Notes: a model not told the origin generated them from the sequence alone. Counted from the stretch's first letter, positions 19,355 through 31,885 are shown. The stretch is DNA of 64,000 nt from a virus (IMGVR_UViG_2724679557_000005:1-64000), one strand, 5' to 3'. Program-made: numbers and translations.

Positions 19355-19462
19355 TAATAGAATATCTATTTTACATAAAAACATATTTTCTAATAGTTTT
19401 TGATATTTTTGTATAATATAATATACAAAATTCAATTTATTTAACTTGATACAATATTTTTA

Positions 19463-19620
19463 TTGTTAAATTATATATTAAATGGTAAAATAATCTTTGG
19501 GTGGTATCTTAATAGAACCTCACCAGAGTTTTATCATTTCATTTAAATTATACAACTCATATCTGTATGAATGAGATTGAATTAGGATGTTGTATCACAC
19601 TTAATTTTAGGAGGTGGTAC
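19463..19620 (+). promoter_or_regulatory. pan operon sigA promoter and structured leader (possible pan RNA motif)
   Basis: TTGTTA-17-TAAAAT with TG extension; hairpin CTTTGGGTGGT...ACCTCACCAGAG 19495-19528. Confidence 0.45.
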
Positions 19621-19621
19621 T

Positions 19622-20536
19622 ATTAATATTGGATTTATTGGTCCTGGGAAGGTAGGTGTATCTCTTGGACGCTACTTTACTCATAAAGGGCTTAATGTAA
19701 TCGGTTTTTATGGAAGAGATTTAGAGAATACTATGAAAGCGGCTAATATTACTAAATCAAAAGTTTATTCTTCGTTAAAAGATATTATCGAAGAAAGTAA
19801 TATATTATTTATTACAACACCTGATGACACAATTTCAATTATAGATACTGAAATATCTAACTTTAATCTTAATTTAAAAAACAAATCTATTTGTCACACT
19901 AGTGGCTCATTATCATCAAATCTATTAAGTAATGTAAAACATTCTGGTGCATTGACCTATTCTATACACCCAATATATGCATTTTCAAATCAAAATACTA
20001 ATTTAAAGGATTTAGAAACAATTTATTTTTCAATTGAAAGTAATAATGTTGATGAAAAGTGTGAAATAATAGCTCTTATGAAATCCTTAAATAATAAATA
20101 TTTTATAAGAAATATAGAGTCATCTTCATCATATCATTTAGCAACTGTATTGGTTTCTAACTTAGTTTTATCGTTATTGCAAATAGGTACAAACTATTTT
20201 GAGGAATTTGGATTAAGTGAAAAAGAATCTCTTGAGGCTTTAAAGCCATTGATAAACGGTAATATTAATAATATTTTTGAAAATGGATTTGTTAAATCTT
20301 TAACAGGACCGGTATCAAGAGGTGATATTATACCTATAAAAAAACATCTCTCTTCAATAAATAAAGATCATAAAGAGATCTATAAAAAATTATCACTTAA
20401 TCTATTAAATTTAGTTGCATTAAAAGAAAAAACTAATACTTTAAATAATTTTAATGAAGACTTTGCACTTAAAGATTTAATTCATAATTCAAATGAATAT
20501 AAAAAAGTGTATGAAATTTTAGGGGGAATAGAGTAA
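19622..20536 (+). CDS. Rossmann-like/DUF2520 oxidoreductase (PanG-type ketopantoate reductase candidate), probable ATT start
   Basis: In-frame extension of ORF 19733 gives [11 protein letters not shown] (GxGxxG); AGGAGG 7 nt before ATT; HTSGS, HP, YH, LTGP..RGD. Confidence 0.8.
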   Translation: MNIGFIGPGKVGVSLGRYFTHKGLNVIGFYGRDLENTMKAANITKSKVYSSLKDIIEESNILFITTPDDTISIIDTEISNFNLNLKNKSICHTSGSLSSNLLSNVKHSGALTYSIHPIYAFSNQNTNLKDLETIYFSIESNNVDEKCEIIALMKSLNNKYFIRNIESSSSYHLATVLVSNLVLSLLQIGTNYFEEFGLSEKESLEALKPLINGNINNIFENGFVKSLTGPVSRGDIIPIKKHLSSINKDHKEIYKKLSLNLLNLVALKEKTNTLNNFNEDFALKDLIHNSNEYKKVYEILGGIE

Positions 20537-21363
20537 TGAAAAATACAATAGCAACATTTCAAGAATTTAAAAATAAAGGTAAAAAAATAAGTATGCTTAC
20601 TGCTTATGATTATTCCATGGCTAAAATCATTGATGAGAGTGGTATAAATGGAATTTTAATTGGCGATTCTTTAGGAATGGTTATAAAAGGAGAAGAAGAT
20701 ACACTTTCAGTAACTGTTGATGAGATAATATATCATACAAAGTCTGTAAAAAAGGGGGCAAAGAATGCTTTAATAGTAAGCGATATGCCATTTCTTTCTT
20801 ATCATACTTCTGTTGAAGAAGCAGTTAAAAATGCTGGAAAAATGATAAAGGAAGGTGGTGCAAATGCTGTTAAACTTGAAGGTGGAGCTAGTGTAATTAA
20901 ACAAATTAAAGCAATAGTAGATGCACAAATACCTGTAATGGGGCACTTAGGTTTAACTCCTCAATCTGTAAATGCATTTGGTGGATTTAAAATACAAGGC
21001 AAAAGTGAAGAGGCGGCTAAAAGACTTATAGAAGATGCAAAACTTATAGAAGATGCTGGAGCATTTGCAATAGTACTTGAATGTGTTCCTAAAAAGGTTG
21101 CAGAAATTATAACAAAAGAAATTTCTATTCCAACAATAGGAATAGGTGCTGGAAATGAGTGTGATGGTCAAATTCTAGTGTATCAAGACATGCTAGGAAT
21201 GTTTGATGACTTTATACCTAAATTTGTTAAACAATATGCAAATTTAGGAGCTCAAATGAGGGAAGCAATTCAAATCTATATTGGAGAAGTTGGAGAAGGA
21301 TCGTTTCCACAAGATAAACATAGTTTTAAGATAGATGAAAAAGAATTGCAAAAGTTATATTAG
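20536..21363 (+). CDS. panB: 3-methyl-2-oxobutanoate hydroxymethyltransferase
   Basis: [25 protein letters not shown]. Confidence 0.97.
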   Translation: MKNTIATFQEFKNKGKKISMLTAYDYSMAKIIDESGINGILIGDSLGMVIKGEEDTLSVTVDEIIYHTKSVKKGAKNALIVSDMPFLSYHTSVEEAVKNAGKMIKEGGANAVKLEGGASVIKQIKAIVDAQIPVMGHLGLTPQSVNAFGGFKIQGKSEEAAKRLIEDAKLIEDAGAFAIVLECVPKKVAEIITKEISIPTIGIGAGNECDGQILVYQDMLGMFDDFIPKFVKQYANLGAQMREAIQIYIGEVGEGSFPQDKHSFKIDEKELQKLY

Positions 21364-21381
21364 GAGTAGGTGGTATAAATT

Positions 21382-22224
21382 ATGTTAACAAAGGAAATTT
21401 GTGAAATAAGAAAAGTAATTAAAGATTGGAAAAAGGAAGAATTAAGCATTGGTTATGTACCTACTATGGGTTTTTTACATGAAGGCCATGAAAGTTTAAT
21501 AAAAAGAGCCGTAAAAGAAAACGATAAAGTAGTTGTTAGTATATTTGTTAATCCAACTCAATTTGGACCTAATGAAGATTATGATAGTTATCCTAGAGAT
21601 ATAAATAAGGATTTAGAATTATGTAAAAATGCTGGAGCTAGTATAGTATTTAACCCAAGTCCTGAGGAAATGTATTTTGATAATAATTCTACAAGTATAG
21701 GTGTTTCAAGTCTTACCAATGTACTTTGTGGCTTAAAAAGGCCAGGACATTTTGATGGAGTTTGTTTAGTTGTTTCAAAGTTTTTTAATATAATTACGCC
21801 AGATAGAGCTTATTTTGGACAAAAGGATGCTCAACAAGTAGCTGTTATAAAAAGAATGGTTAGAGATTTAAATATGGATATTGAAATAGTACCATGTCCT
21901 ATTATTCGAGAAGAGGATGGACTAGCTAAAAGCTCAAGGAATACTTATCTTTCACAAAAAGAAAGAAATGCAGCATTAATACTAAATAGAAGTCTTTTAA
22001 AAGCTAAAGAAACATTAGAAAATGGAGAAAGAAAAGCTAATATAGTTAAAAATATAATAAAAGATTCAATAAACAGTGAACAGTTAGCCAAAATAGATTA
22101 TGTTGAATTAGTTGACAACAATTCGCTAGAAAATATTGAATTTATAGACAGAGATATTTTAGTGGCTATAGCTGTTTATATAGGTAAAACAAGGCTTATA
22201 GATAATTTTACATTTAGTATATAA
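21382..22224 (+). CDS. panC: Pantoate-beta-alanine ligase
   Basis: PTMG.LHEGH, FVNPTQF, GQKDAQQ, SSRN, RLIDN. Confidence 0.97.
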   Translation: MLTKEICEIRKVIKDWKKEELSIGYVPTMGFLHEGHESLIKRAVKENDKVVVSIFVNPTQFGPNEDYDSYPRDINKDLELCKNAGASIVFNPSPEEMYFDNNSTSIGVSSLTNVLCGLKRPGHFDGVCLVVSKFFNIITPDRAYFGQKDAQQVAVIKRMVRDLNMDIEIVPCPIIREEDGLAKSSRNTYLSQKERNAALILNRSLLKAKETLENGERKANIVKNIIKDSINSEQLAKIDYVELVDNNSLENIEFIDRDILVAIAVYIGKTRLIDNFTFSI

Positions 22225-22369
22225 AATAGTCTTTATTTTTAATATTTAATTTATATATTATAAGTAAAATAAAACAATAAATATAATATCACTTCACTTA
22301 TTTTATATACCACAATTCTTAAAATATAGTATAAGTTTAAGTAATAGTTTGAAAACTAGGGGGATTAAA

Positions 22370-22744
22370 ATGATACTTAATATGTTAAAAGGAAAGATAC
22401 ACAGAGCAACAGTAACTCAGGCTGATCTTAATTATATGGGGAGTATAACTATAGATAAAACTTTAATTGATGCTGCTGGAATTTTAGAAAATGAGAAAGT
22501 ACAAATTGTTGATAATAACAATGGTGCAAGACTTGAAACTTATGTTATTCCTGGAAAAAGAGATTCAGGCATAATATGTTTAAATGGAGCTGCTGCAAGA
22601 CTAGTACAACCTGGTGATGAGATTATAATAATAGCTTATGCTCAAATAATAGAAAGCGAAGCTAAGACATATAAACCTAAAGTTGTATTTGTAAATGATG
22701 ATAATACAATAAAAGAAATTACAAATTATGAATTTAATGAATAA
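22370..22744 (+). CDS. panD: Aspartate 1-decarboxylase
   Basis: [23 protein letters not shown]. Confidence 0.97.
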   Translation: MILNMLKGKIHRATVTQADLNYMGSITIDKTLIDAAGILENEKVQIVDNNNGARLETYVIPGKRDSGIICLNGAAARLVQPGDEIIIIAYAQIIESEAKTYKPKVVFVNDDNTIKEITNYEFNE

Positions 22745-23144
22745 AATGATATGTAAATTCAAAATATATAATAGGTCTTAAAACCACCTGTAATTTATAT
22801 AAATAATTAACCACTATAACTGCTTGTTTTATTAAATAAGCAGTTATTTTTATTTAGCAACCATATGAGTATTAATAGTATGTAGTTAATTATATGCGTT
22901 AAAAGATCATAAGTTAGTATTTATAATATATAAAATAATTTTCAATATGTATAAATATATAATTTTAACTAAAAATATAAATTAGATTATAGTTAGAGTT
23001 CTATACTTAAGATTTTTAAATATTAAACAATATATTTGAAAATTACTATTAAAATAAATACTAACCATTGCTTTATATAAGAAAAAGAAATTTTACAAAA
23101 AGAAAATATATAAAATCAACTTTTTGAGAGGAGAAAAATCATAT

Positions 23145-24167
23145 ATGTTTATTCCTAAAAGAATATTATTTGAAAAGGGAAGTTTAGATTATGAAATGGG
23201 TCAAAGTATATATAATACATTTAAAGATAATAAAAATGTTGAGGTTATAAATATAAGTGGAAATAGGGTGAAACAACATATTCCAGGAGATGATACTTAT
23301 AGTTATTATAGAGAAGGTAAAAATACCTTAGTAGTTGGAATTAAAAAGAGTTTTAAATTTCAGTCATGTAAACCATCAGCGCACTATCAATTGCCTCTTC
23401 TCTCTGGATGTACAGGGCATTGTGAATATTGTTATCTTAATACTAACTTAAGTACTAAACCGTTTGTTAAAGTTAATGTAAACATAGATGATATATTAAA
23501 TCAAGCCAAGAAACATATTGTTGAGAGAAGTCCTGAGATAACAATATTTGAAGGTGCGGCTACTTCAGATCCTATACCAGTAGAACCATATACTCATTCT
23601 TTAGAAAAAGCTATTGAATTTTTTGCAAATGAAGAAAAAGGTAAATTTAGATTTGTAACTAAATATAATGATGTAGATACACTTTTGAATATAGATCATA
23701 AAGGAAAGACAGAGATTAGATTTACTCTAAATACGAATAAAGTAATAAATGATTTTGAAAATAGAACATCTTCTTATGATTTAAGACTTGAAGCCTGTGA
23801 AAAAGTTGCAAAAGCACAGTATCCAATTGGATTTATAATAGCTCCAGTATTTTTATATGAAAATTGGAAAGAAGATTACAATGAACTTCTGATAAAATTA
23901 CATGATAAGATGCCTAAGGATTTAAAATATCCATTATCATTTGAAGTTATAACACATAGATATACTACAAGAGCGAAAAATGTTATAAATGAAGTATTTC
24001 CTGATAATACTTTACCAATGAATGATGAAGAACGTAAATATAAGTACGGTCAATTTGGATATGGAAAATATGTTTATACTAAAGAACAGCTAGAAGAGGT
24101 TAAATCATTTTTTACAATTAAAATAAATGAATTGTTTGAAAATAGTGTTATAAAGTATATTATTTAA
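23145..24167 (+). CDS. splB: Spore photoproduct lyase
   Basis: Radical SAM CTGHCEYCYL; KYGQFGYGKYVY. Confidence 0.93.
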   Translation: MFIPKRILFEKGSLDYEMGQSIYNTFKDNKNVEVINISGNRVKQHIPGDDTYSYYREGKNTLVVGIKKSFKFQSCKPSAHYQLPLLSGCTGHCEYCYLNTNLSTKPFVKVNVNIDDILNQAKKHIVERSPEITIFEGAATSDPIPVEPYTHSLEKAIEFFANEEKGKFRFVTKYNDVDTLLNIDHKGKTEIRFTLNTNKVINDFENRTSSYDLRLEACEKVAKAQYPIGFIIAPVFLYENWKEDYNELLIKLHDKMPKDLKYPLSFEVITHRYTTRAKNVINEVFPDNTLPMNDEERKYKYGQFGYGKYVYTKEQLEEVKSFFTIKINELFENSVIKYII

Positions 24168-24497
24168 AAGAAAGTCTTCCATTTTATTTTGGAAGGCTTT
24201 TTTAATCTTTATGTTTAGAATTTTTATAAATTATGTTATTTAGTTATAGGGATAATAATTATTATTTTAGGTTTACTTGTAGTTTTTAATGTTTTAAACA
24301 ATGAATTACTATTAACAATAGTGTTAATATTTTAGTTTTATATTTATATAATAAAACTCATATTATTTAAATAGAGTAATTTTTAAGTTAATTTTGATTA
24401 CTGGTTCCCCCTGTGATAAAATAAGACTTGATTTTAAGTTTTAAAATTAGGTAAAAATATTTAATTTTTTATACCTAATTAAAAGGAGGAAATTATT

Positions 24498-27323
24498 ATG
24501 GCTTTAACGCCAATGATGGTAGAGTACATGAAAACAAAAGAAGAATATAATGATTGTATTCTATTTTATAGATTAGGTGACTTTTATGAGATGTTCTTTG
24601 ATGATGCACTAACTGTATCTAGAGAGCTTGAACTTGTTTTAACAGGGAAAAATTGCGGACTTGAAGAAAGAGCACCAATGTGTGGTATTCCACATCATGC
24701 AGCAGCTGCATACATTCCAAGACTTGTTACTAAAGGATATAAGGTTGCTATATGTGAACAACTTGAAGATCCCAAGCAAAGCAAAGGAATAGTAAAAAGA
24801 GGAGTTGTAAAAGTAATAACTCCTGGAACATTTATAGACAGTAATTCTAATTTAGAAAATGATAATACATATTTAATGGTAATATCTGAACATGAAGATA
24901 AATTTGGAATAGCAATGTCTGATATAAGTACTGGTGAATTTAAAACAACGTCTTTTAATAATATTAAGATGAGCTTATTAGATGAAATTTCAAAGGTTTC
25001 TCCAAAAGAAATACTAGTTGATAATAATATAAGCGAAGATTTATTAGAAGAAATAAACAATGTACTTCCTGTTCTTATAACTAAAAAAGATTTTAATGAG
25101 TTTTTAGTTTCAAAAGAAGAACTTATAGAGCAGTTTTCAGACTTAGAAGTGAGTGGTTTAACAATAGAAAGAGAAATTCCAAGTAAAGTACTTCTTAAAT
25201 ATATAAATGAAACTCAAAAGATGAGTTTAACGAATATCAATTTATTAGAACAATATGAAATTATAAATTATATGACCATAGATGGAAATTCAAGAAGAAA
25301 CTTAGAACTTACAGAAAGTATAAGAGAAAAAACTAAAAAAGGATCTCTTCTTTGGGTTCTTGATAAAAGTGCAACTTCTATGGGGGGAAGAACTTTAAGA
25401 AAATGGATAGATGAACCTCTTATAGTTAAAGACGAAATAGAAAAAAGATTAAGTGGAGTTGAAGAAGTATTTAATTCAATAGGTTTCAATGAAGACTTAA
25501 GAAGCGCATTAAAAGAAATTTATGATATTGAAAGAATTGTAGGAAAAATATCAAATAAAAATGTTAATGCTAAGGATTTGTTGTCTCTTAAATCATCTTT
25601 AGATAAACTTCCATGCATTAAAAAACTTTTAAAAGATACTAGTTCTGAATTGTTAAAGGGATACTATGAAAATTTAGACGAATTGATTGATGTAAGAGAT
25701 CTATTAAATGATTCTATTAAAGAAGATCCTGGTTTAGGATTAAAAGAAGGAAACATAATAAAAGATGGATATAATAATTTAGTAGATGAATTACGTCAAA
25801 GCAAACTTCACGGAAAAGAATGGATTGCTGCTCTTGAAAATAGAGAACGTGAATTTACAGGTATTAAGTCTTTAAAAGTTGGTTATAACAAGGTATTTGG
25901 ATACTATATAGAAATAAGTAAATCAAATTATAACTCTATTCCAGAAGGTAGATATATAAGAAAGCAAACATTAGCTAATGCTGAAAGATTTATAACTGAA
26001 GAACTTAAAGTTATGGAAGATAAAATTCTAGGTTCTGAAGAAAAACTTATTAATTTAGAATATTCTATATTTGTTGAAATAAGAGATAAAATTGAAAAAG
26101 AAATAAGCAGATTAAAAAAGAGCGCTAGGATAATATCAGATTTAGATGGTATTTCAACTTTAGCTTTAGTTGCTTTAGAAAATGATTATATTAAACCTGA
26201 AATAAATACAAATGGATTAATTAAAATAACTGATGGAAGACACCCTGTAGTTGAAAAAGTGATTGGAAAGGGCGATTTTGTATCAAATAATACTGCATTA
26301 AATCAAACTGATAAGGAATTACTTCTTATTACAGGACCTAACATGGCTGGTAAATCTACGTATATGAGACAGGTAGCACTTATAACATTGATGGCTCAAA
26401 TGGGTTCATTTGTACCTGCAACTAGTGCAAACATATCTATCTGTGATAAGATTTTTACAAGAATAGGAGCATCTGATGATTTAGCAGGTGGAAAGTCTAC
26501 ATTTATGGTTGAAATGTGGGAAGTTTCTAATATTTTAAAAAATGCTACAAGTAATAGTTTAGTTTTACTTGATGAAGTTGGAAGAGGAACTTCAACTTAT
26601 GATGGACTTTCAATTGCTTGGTCTGTTATTGAATATATAACTAAAAATAAAAATTTAAGATGCAAAACTTTATTTGCAACTCATTATCACGAACTTGTTA
26701 AACTTGAAGGGATTTTACCTGGAGTTAAAAATTACTCTGTAGCAGTTAAAAAGTTAAAAGATAGTGTAGTATTTTTAAGAAAAATAGTAGAGGGCGGTGC
26801 AGATGAATCTTACGGTATAGAAGTTGCAAAGCTTGCAGGACTTCCTGAGAATGTTATTAATCGTGCCAGAGAAATTCTTGAGGATTTAGAAAGTAAAAAT
26901 ACCTTTGATATAAATAAATTATCATCATGTTCAATGGTTTCAAATAACACAAAAGAAATTGCTGCTGATTCTATTAAAAATGAAGAGGATAAAGTTATTT
27001 CTAATGCACAAAATATAGATGTAAATGAAACTAATTGTAACTATAATGAAGAGAAAATATTAAAAATTGAAACTCAAAATTCAGAATATGAAGAAACTAT
27101 AAAATTTTTGAAATCTGAAATAAAAGAGTTACAAGAATCAAATAAAAAACACAATAAAAAGCATAAAGATGCTTCTAATGACAATATGCAAATTAACTTT
27201 GAAGTTATGGAAAAAGAAAATTTTATAAAAGAGATTAGTGATGTAGACATATTAAATCTTAACCCTATGGAAGCTATGAACACTTTATATAAAGTAGTTA
27301 CAGATGCAAAAAAACTTCAATAA
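24498..27323 (+). CDS. mutS: DNA mismatch repair protein MutS
   Basis: [31 protein letters not shown]. Confidence 0.98.
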   Translation: MALTPMMVEYMKTKEEYNDCILFYRLGDFYEMFFDDALTVSRELELVLTGKNCGLEERAPMCGIPHHAAAAYIPRLVTKGYKVAICEQLEDPKQSKGIVKRGVVKVITPGTFIDSNSNLENDNTYLMVISEHEDKFGIAMSDISTGEFKTTSFNNIKMSLLDEISKVSPKEILVDNNISEDLLEEINNVLPVLITKKDFNEFLVSKEELIEQFSDLEVSGLTIEREIPSKVLLKYINETQKMSLTNINLLEQYEIINYMTIDGNSRRNLELTESIREKTKKGSLLWVLDKSATSMGGRTLRKWIDEPLIVKDEIEKRLSGVEEVFNSIGFNEDLRSALKEIYDIERIVGKISNKNVNAKDLLSLKSSLDKLPCIKKLLKDTSSELLKGYYENLDELIDVRDLLNDSIKEDPGLGLKEGNIIKDGYNNLVDELRQSKLHGKEWIAALENREREFTGIKSLKVGYNKVFGYYIEISKSNYNSIPEGRYIRKQTLANAERFITEELKVMEDKILGSEEKLINLEYSIFVEIRDKIEKEISRLKKSARIISDLDGISTLALVALENDYIKPEINTNGLIKITDGRHPVVEKVIGKGDFVSNNTALNQTDKELLLITGPNMAGKSTYMRQVALITLMAQMGSFVPATSANISICDKIFTRIGASDDLAGGKSTFMVEMWEVSNILKNATSNSLVLLDEVGRGTSTYDGLSIAWSVIEYITKNKNLRCKTLFATHYHELVKLEGILPGVKNYSVAVKKLKDSVVFLRKIVEGGADESYGIEVAKLAGLPENVINRAREILEDLESKNTFDINKLSSCSMVSNNTKEIAADSIKNEEDKVISNAQNIDVNETNCNYNEEKILKIETQNSEYEETIKFLKSEIKELQESNKKHNKKHKDASNDNMQINFEVMEKENFIKEISDVDILNLNPMEAMNTLYKVVTDAKKLQ

Positions 27324-27347
27324 AAATGATAAATAGGAGATAACTTT

Positions 27348-27515
27348 ATGAATTGTGGTTGTGGTATTCCTTTAGAATGTCCAAAATGCAAAGAAAAGCT
27401 ACTTAGAAAGCGTAAAATAGATGGAGCATATATAATAATAGAGAGGTTTTGTCCAAATTCCAAATGTGACTATATAATTAGAGAAGCTAAAATTTTTAAT
27501 GATGATGTAAATTAA
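27348..27515 (+). CDS. 55-aa zinc-ribbon protein (not in ORF track)
   Basis: AGGAGA RBS; CPKC...CPNSKC. Confidence 0.65.
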   Translation: MNCGCGIPLECPKCKEKLLRKRKIDGAYIIIERFCPNSKCDYIIREAKIFNDDVN

Positions 27516-27724
27516 AATATAATAGTTTATTATAAGAGTACTTAAATTCTTCTGATATAATCAGTTGATTTTAAGTACTCTTTTTTATAAAAATTAATAC
27601 TTTATGGAATTATATATTTGCATGTGTTTGATTTTTATAATAAAACACAAAATATATGTATTCACATTTTATATAATAGTAATTTGCAATTTAACTTATA
27701 ATTTAAAAATAAAAAAACTTTCAA

Positions 27725-27787
27725 TGTAAACATTGACAATACATATACGTATAAGTTATTATTTAAATACAACATGTACGTATATGT
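27725..27787 (+). promoter_or_regulatory. tre promoter with cre-like site and two TreR-type operators
   Basis: TGTAAACATTGACA (cre-like, overlaps -35 TTGACA); palindromes ACATATACGTATAAGT 27741-27756 and ACATGTACGTATATGT 27772-27787. Confidence 0.7.
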
Positions 27788-27808
27788 ATTAAGAGGGAGG
27801 GAAAAATA

Positions 27809-29215
27809 ATGTCTAAATATAATAAGGAAGTTAAAGAATTATTAAAATACATTGGTGGAAAAGAAAATGTAAGTGCTGTATCACATTGTGCAACAAGAAT
27901 GAGATTTGTTTTAAATGATACATCTATTGCAGACGAAGAAAAAATTAAAAAAATTAAATTTGTTAAGGGTACATTTACTCAAGCAGGGCAATTTCAGGTT
28001 ATTGTTGGAAACGATGTAGCAGAATTTTATAATGAGTTCACTGCATTAGCTGGAATTGATGGTGTAAGCAAAGACAACTTAAAAAGTTCAGCTAAATCAA
28101 ATATGAATATTGTTCAAAGAATGATGGCTAATATAGCAGAAATATTTTCACCTTTAATCCCTGCAATTATAGTAGGAGGACTTATATTAGGTTTTAGAAA
28201 TATCATAGGTGATATTAAGATGTTTGAAAACGGTACAAAGACTCTTATTGAAATATCACAATTCTGGGCAGGAACACATGGCTTTTTATGGTTAATAGGC
28301 GAAGCAATATTCCACTTCTTGCCTGTTGGAATCACATGGGCTGTAACTAAGAAAATGGGAACAACTCAAATACTTGGTATAGTACTAGGTATTACATTAA
28401 TGTCACCGCAACTTTTAAATGCTTATGCTGTTGCAGGGGCTGATTCAATTCCATTTTGGGATTTTGGTTTTGCAAAAATAGATATGATTGGTTATCAAGC
28501 ACAAGTTATACCTGCTATTTTAGCTGGATTTGTACTAGCATATCTTGAAAAAGGAGTTAGAAAAATAGTTCCTTCTTCAATATCAATGATATTTGTACCA
28601 TTTTTTGCTTTAGTACCAACTGTTTTAATAGCACATACTGTTCTTGGACCTATAGGTTGGGCGATTGGTTCTTGGGTTTCAGCAGTAGTTTATGGTGGAT
28701 TAACATCAGCATTTGGAAGTATATTTGCTGCAATATTTGGATTCCTTTATGCACCACTTGTTATAACTGGATTACATCATATGACTAATGCAATAGACTT
28801 ACAATTAATGGCTGAATTTGGTGGTACAGCTTTATGGCCAATGATAGCTTTATCAAATATAGCTCAAGGATCAGCTGTTTTAGCCATGATTTATCTTCAA
28901 AGAAAAAATGAAGAGGAAAAACAAATAGCAATTCCAGCATGTATATCAGCTTACTTAGGTGTAACTGAACCAGCATTATTTGGTATTAATATAAAATATA
29001 GATTCCCATTCATATGTGGAATGATAGGTTCAGCTATAGCTGCTGTAATATCTGTATCAACTGGAGTAATGGCAAACTCTGTAGGAATTGGTGGATTACC
29101 TGGTATTTTATCAATTAAACCACAACATATGCTTATGTTTGCAGTAGCAATGATAATAGCTATAGTAGTACCTTTTATGTTAACTTTAATAATTGGAAAG
29201 AAAAAATTAAGCTAA
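27809..29215 (+). CDS. treP: PTS trehalose-specific EIIBC
   Basis: HCATRMRF, GVTEPALFG; next to treC/treR. Confidence 0.92.
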   Translation: MSKYNKEVKELLKYIGGKENVSAVSHCATRMRFVLNDTSIADEEKIKKIKFVKGTFTQAGQFQVIVGNDVAEFYNEFTALAGIDGVSKDNLKSSAKSNMNIVQRMMANIAEIFSPLIPAIIVGGLILGFRNIIGDIKMFENGTKTLIEISQFWAGTHGFLWLIGEAIFHFLPVGITWAVTKKMGTTQILGIVLGITLMSPQLLNAYAVAGADSIPFWDFGFAKIDMIGYQAQVIPAILAGFVLAYLEKGVRKIVPSSISMIFVPFFALVPTVLIAHTVLGPIGWAIGSWVSAVVYGGLTSAFGSIFAAIFGFLYAPLVITGLHHMTNAIDLQLMAEFGGTALWPMIALSNIAQGSAVLAMIYLQRKNEEEKQIAIPACISAYLGVTEPALFGINIKYRFPFICGMIGSAIAAVISVSTGVMANSVGIGGLPGILSIKPQHMLMFAVAMIIAIVVPFMLTLIIGKKKLS

Positions 29216-29249
29216 TAAATAATAATTTTAAATTGGAGGAATTAGCAGT

Positions 29250-30908
29250 ATGAAAGACTTTAAAAAAAGTACTGTTTATCAAATATATCCTAAATCATTT
29301 AATGATTCAAATGGAGATGGAATAGGCGATTTAATTGGAGTAATAAATAAACTAGATTATTTAGAGGAATTAGGGATTGATTATATTTGGCTTACTCCTT
29401 TTTATGTATCACCACAAAAAGATAATGGCTATGATGTAGCTGATTATTACAATATAGATCCTTTGTTTGGAAGTAATGAAGACTTTGATAGACTTGTTAA
29501 GGAAGCTAAAAAAAGAAATATTAATATAATGCTTGATATGGTGTTTAATCATACTTCAACAGAGCACAAATGGTTTAAGAATGCCCTAAATGGAGAGAAA
29601 AAATTTAAAGACTTCTATATATTTAAAAAAAGCAAAGATGGAAATCCACCAACTAATTGGCAATCAAAATTCGGAGGAAATGCTTGGGAATATATAGATA
29701 AATTTGATGAATACTATTTGCATTTATTTGATAAAACACAAGGAGATTTAGATTGGACTAATTCAGAAGTTAAAAACGAGATATACAAAATAGTAAACCA
29801 TTGGATAAATAAAGGTGTTAAAGGATTTAGATTCGATGTTATAAACTTAATTTCAAAACCTGAAAAATTTGAAGATGATACTATAGGTGATGGAAGAAGA
29901 TTTTATACAGATGGACCTAATATACATAAATATTTAAAGGAATTAAATAACAATACTTTCGGTAAATATAACGATATAATAACAGTTGGAGAAATGTCCT
30001 CTACAACTATAGATAATTGTATTAAATATTCAAATCCCAATGAAAAAGAATTATCTATGGTATTTAACTTTCATCATTTAAAAGTAGATTATGATAATGG
30101 TGATAAATGGACACTTATGAATTTTGATTTTAAATTACTAAAATCTATCTTCAAGGAATGGCAAGAAGGTATGGAGCATGGAAATGGTTGGAATGCAGTA
30201 TTTTGGTGTAACCATGATCAGCCAAGAATAATTTCTAGATTTGGAAATACCGATAAGTATCATAAAGAAAGTGGAAAGATGCTTGGAACTTGTATTCATA
30301 TGATGAGAGGAACACCATATATTTATCAAGGTGAAGAATTTGGAATGACAAATCCTAATTTTAATTCAATAGATGAATATAGAGATGTTGAATCTAAAAA
30401 TTATTATAATATTTTAAAAGAAAATAATGTTGATGAAGAAGAAATATATAAGATATTAGCATGCAAATCAAGAGATAATTCAAGAACACCTATGCAGTGG
30501 AATGATAAAGACAATAGTGGATTTTCAACAGTCGATCCTTGGATACCAGTTGGAAAGTCTTATAAAGAAATAAATGCAGAAAATGCACTAAAGGATAAGG
30601 GATCTATATTCTATCATTATAAAAAACTTATAGACTTAAGAAAAAAATATGATGTTGTTTCAAATGGAACATTTAAAATGATACTTGAAGAACATGACAA
30701 AGTATTAGCTTATACAAGGCAATATAAAAATACAAAATTAATAGTTTTAAATAATTTTTATAATGAAGATACACAAGTATTATTACCTCAAGATCTTTTA
30801 GGTGATGATTGTAGAATACTAATTTCAAATTACGAAGATAGTATGGATTTAAATGATAAAATTTTACTTAGACCATATGAATCTATTGTTTATATTGTTG
30901 AGAATTAA
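29250..30908 (+). CDS. treC: Trehalose-6-phosphate hydrolase (GH13)
   Basis: YQIYPKSF, FRFDVINLISK, SRDNSRTPMQW. Confidence 0.92.
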   Translation: MKDFKKSTVYQIYPKSFNDSNGDGIGDLIGVINKLDYLEELGIDYIWLTPFYVSPQKDNGYDVADYYNIDPLFGSNEDFDRLVKEAKKRNINIMLDMVFNHTSTEHKWFKNALNGEKKFKDFYIFKKSKDGNPPTNWQSKFGGNAWEYIDKFDEYYLHLFDKTQGDLDWTNSEVKNEIYKIVNHWINKGVKGFRFDVINLISKPEKFEDDTIGDGRRFYTDGPNIHKYLKELNNNTFGKYNDIITVGEMSSTTIDNCIKYSNPNEKELSMVFNFHHLKVDYDNGDKWTLMNFDFKLLKSIFKEWQEGMEHGNGWNAVFWCNHDQPRIISRFGNTDKYHKESGKMLGTCIHMMRGTPYIYQGEEFGMTNPNFNSIDEYRDVESKNYYNILKENNVDEEEIYKILACKSRDNSRTPMQWNDKDNSGFSTVDPWIPVGKSYKEINAENALKDKGSIFYHYKKLIDLRKKYDVVSNGTFKMILEEHDKVLAYTRQYKNTKLIVLNNFYNEDTQVLLPQDLLGDDCRILISNYEDSMDLNDKILLRPYESIVYIVEN

Positions 30909-30944
30909 GTATATATTATGTTAAAATATTTATGGTGATAAATT

Positions 30945-31658
30945 ATGGGTAGCAAATATTTTAATATATATAGTGAAATTGCAAATAAAATAGAATCTGG
31001 AATATATAAAGCAAATGATGAAATTTCTTCAGAAAGTGATCTTATGAAAGAATATAAAGTTTCTAGAGATACTGCAAGAAAAGCACTAACTTTACTTGAG
31101 GAAAATGGATATATACAAAAGATTAAAGGTAGACGATCTTTTGTATTAGATATAAATAAATTTGACTTTCCTGTATCTGGTGTAGTTAGTTTTAAAGAAA
31201 TTGCAGATAAACTTGGACCAAATTCTAAAACTAAAGTTGAAGTTTTAGAATGTATTCAACCAAATGAAAGTATGAGCAAAAAACTATAATTAAGTTCAAA
31301 GGATAAGGTTTGGAAAATAATAAGATCTAGAAGTATTGCAGATGAAAAAATAATCTTAGATAAGGATTATTTAGCAAAAAAATATGTTGAAAATATAACT
31401 GAAGAAATATGTGAAGAATCTATTTATAAGTATATTGAAGATGAACTTGGACTAAAAATAGCTTATGCAAAAAAAGAAATAACAGTTCAATTTGCAACAG
31501 AAGAAGACAAAAAATATTTAGATATGAAAAATTTTAATATGATTGTTGTTGTAAAAAGTTATACTTACTTAGATGATACCAGTTTATTTCAATATACTGA
31601 ATCTAGACATAGACCTGATAAGTTTAAATTTGTAGATTTTGCAAGAAGACGTAAATAA
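30945..31658 (+). pseudogene. treR: Trehalose operon repressor TreR with premature TAA at codon 115
   Basis: Frame continues past TAA 31287-31289 (LSSKDKVWKIIRSR...ESRHRPDKFKFVDFARRRK) to a 237-aa GntR/UTRA protein. Confidence 0.88.
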
Positions 31659-31885
31659 AAATTAGAATGATTTATTAAGTGATAAAAACTCTTAGGTATT
31701 ATTTTCAGAAATATAACCTAAGAGTTTTTAATTTATATTTATAATTTAGATTTGTTATTAGCAATTAAATTGGATATAATACATTTGAAGAAACTTATAA
31801 ATAGAAATTAAATATCTAAATATACATGCAATATGTTATATTAGATTTACTTATAAATTAGAGACTTACAAAGGGGGTGCACAAT

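Noticed and set aside
26880-27200. Long low-complexity inserts in MutS (and the MutL linker)
   Set aside because: In-frame variable linkers with no intein motifs.
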